Shown one piece after another: positions 62,612-64,000 of a DNA stretch of 64,000 bases. Each line of letters opens with the position of its first letter. Positions within the stretch are counted from its first letter, which is position 1. This DNA is from Tubiluchus corallicola (lineage: Eukaryota; Animalia; Priapulida), in the NCBI GenBank assembly GCA_030141605.1, contig JAQGDQ010000301.1, positions 1 through 64,000 on the forward strand, read 5' to 3'. The notes beneath the pieces are model-generated. The model worked only from the letters and a program-made list of their open reading frames with translations, had not been told where the DNA came from and did not search any database. The translations under genes were made by a program, and so were the position numbers.

Positions 62612-64000
62612 GTAAGCACTTCATTTTTCGTAAGTCGGAGAGGGACGATCCCGTCAATTAGGATTGTTTTGTAGTTTTGTGGCAACAGGCATATGAGAAA
62701 CATTTACTATGTAAGCACTCACACATATGGACGTCTTTTACAGGCATAACACACATATATATAATATTGTTCTGGTCAATCTGCTCAGAAACCAGTCTAT
62801 TATAAGGCCTTGCGAAATCGCAGTTATCTCTACATTGTGTTTTGTACTTATTTTATAGCAAAAGTTATCAGACAGCCAGCATTTCCATGTTATGCTCGGT
62901 GTTATGCATTATGCGTTTCATCTAAAGCAGGGCCGGACTTATGGGGGGGGGGGGAGGTGTACAGAAGGGTTCAGTTTTCTAAGGACTTCTTTTGAATATA
63001 ATGCTTGAATATAAAATTCGTTGTCTTATTAAAATGAATTAACAAAGTGTGTGGGGGCACTAGAAAATAGAAAGGCAGTTTGTCCCCATCCATTTCTAGA
63101 CTGTGCCCTTTTGAATAACTTAGTAAATTACTGAGAAAAAATAGTAAATACATATAGTCATTTAATGATTCTATGATACCATGATGGTGCAAAAAATCAA
63201 TGTGAGGTAACAAGCATTTACTTACACCTAAATAAATATTGTACATAAGATTAACTTATACGAAGCTTGACTACTATTTTGTTTTATTATTTTTACCATG
63301 TTCCCGATAATCATACAATTAAAGGACAATATTTACCTAACGCAGTGCAAGACGCCTGTTTTCAACTTCTCCAGTATAGTGTTATGCACTTTTATTGACT
63401 GAGACTCATTTTAAACTTTAGTTGATGATCATAAATAGAAACAGAAAAACTAAACTTTTATTCTTCCACTCGGCTATTATTTAGTGTGAATACAAGTGTC
63501 TTGTATTGCAGTATAAAAAAACTGTAACTTGACACCGATGTGCATCAAAACACTTTATACCTTTTTTGATCACCAGTAATTGATATCATTATAGCATATC
63601 TGTTACAAACTGAAAATCGAGGTCAAAGTTATTCTTATAGTCACTAAAATTGAGAACAATAAAATCAGAAGTTTTAGACAACAGGTGACTTATTTTTCAT
63701 TTTTTCTCGAAGAAATGCAGTTTGTCATTCATCTTAGTTTATTTGTTGTTTGTCATGTAATTAAATTTTTATGTTGATGAGCCCACGAGCCTGAAGTGTC
63801 TAGTAGAAAAAATCTTCATTTGAACCATAATTATAAACTTGAGAGAAATCAACTTTACTGTGTAGTACAACAACTGAAGACCACGTTCATATGGACCGTA
63901 TTTATGGCCCGAAACAGAGACAATAACAATAAGTATAAGAGCAGGATATAACAACAGGTATAAAACTATAGTAAATGATATTATAGTAAACCATAGATTA

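Noticed and set aside
63769-63954. Signal-peptide-like minus-strand ORF
   Set aside because: Starts at TTG, is short, and has no motif or supporting splice structure.

Overview
This is AT-rich, repeat-dense eukaryotic DNA, most consistent with a marine invertebrate genome; no prokaryotic features, rRNA, tRNA or CRISPR array were seen. Three glycan-related genes can be supported. Two have single-exon CDSs on the minus strand: an alpha-1,3-fucosyltransferase (GT10, 8918-10087) and a type II membrane DUF268/SAM-methyltransferase-like protein (16595-17677). The third is a plus-strand CHST15-like sulfotransferase, seen as three spliced exons (53377-62611) that the ORF track misses; its last visible exon carries a 1-bp frameshift. 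An ETS+NRF1 promoter-like element at ~22.85 kb lies between the divergent genes. Mobile DNA includes a decayed R2-type retrotransposon inserted outside rDNA into an older CR1-group LINE (GAAAAG at both junctions), further L2/CR1-group LINE fragments and a tandem/composite non-autonomous Helitron array. There are also possible Academ-like relics, a 1.6-1.9 kb tandem duplication, a mosaic of old dispersed duplications (29-50 kb) and several minisatellites, one with higher-order structure. All calls were made by eye, so repeat boundaries are approximate and family names come from recalled motifs, not database searches.
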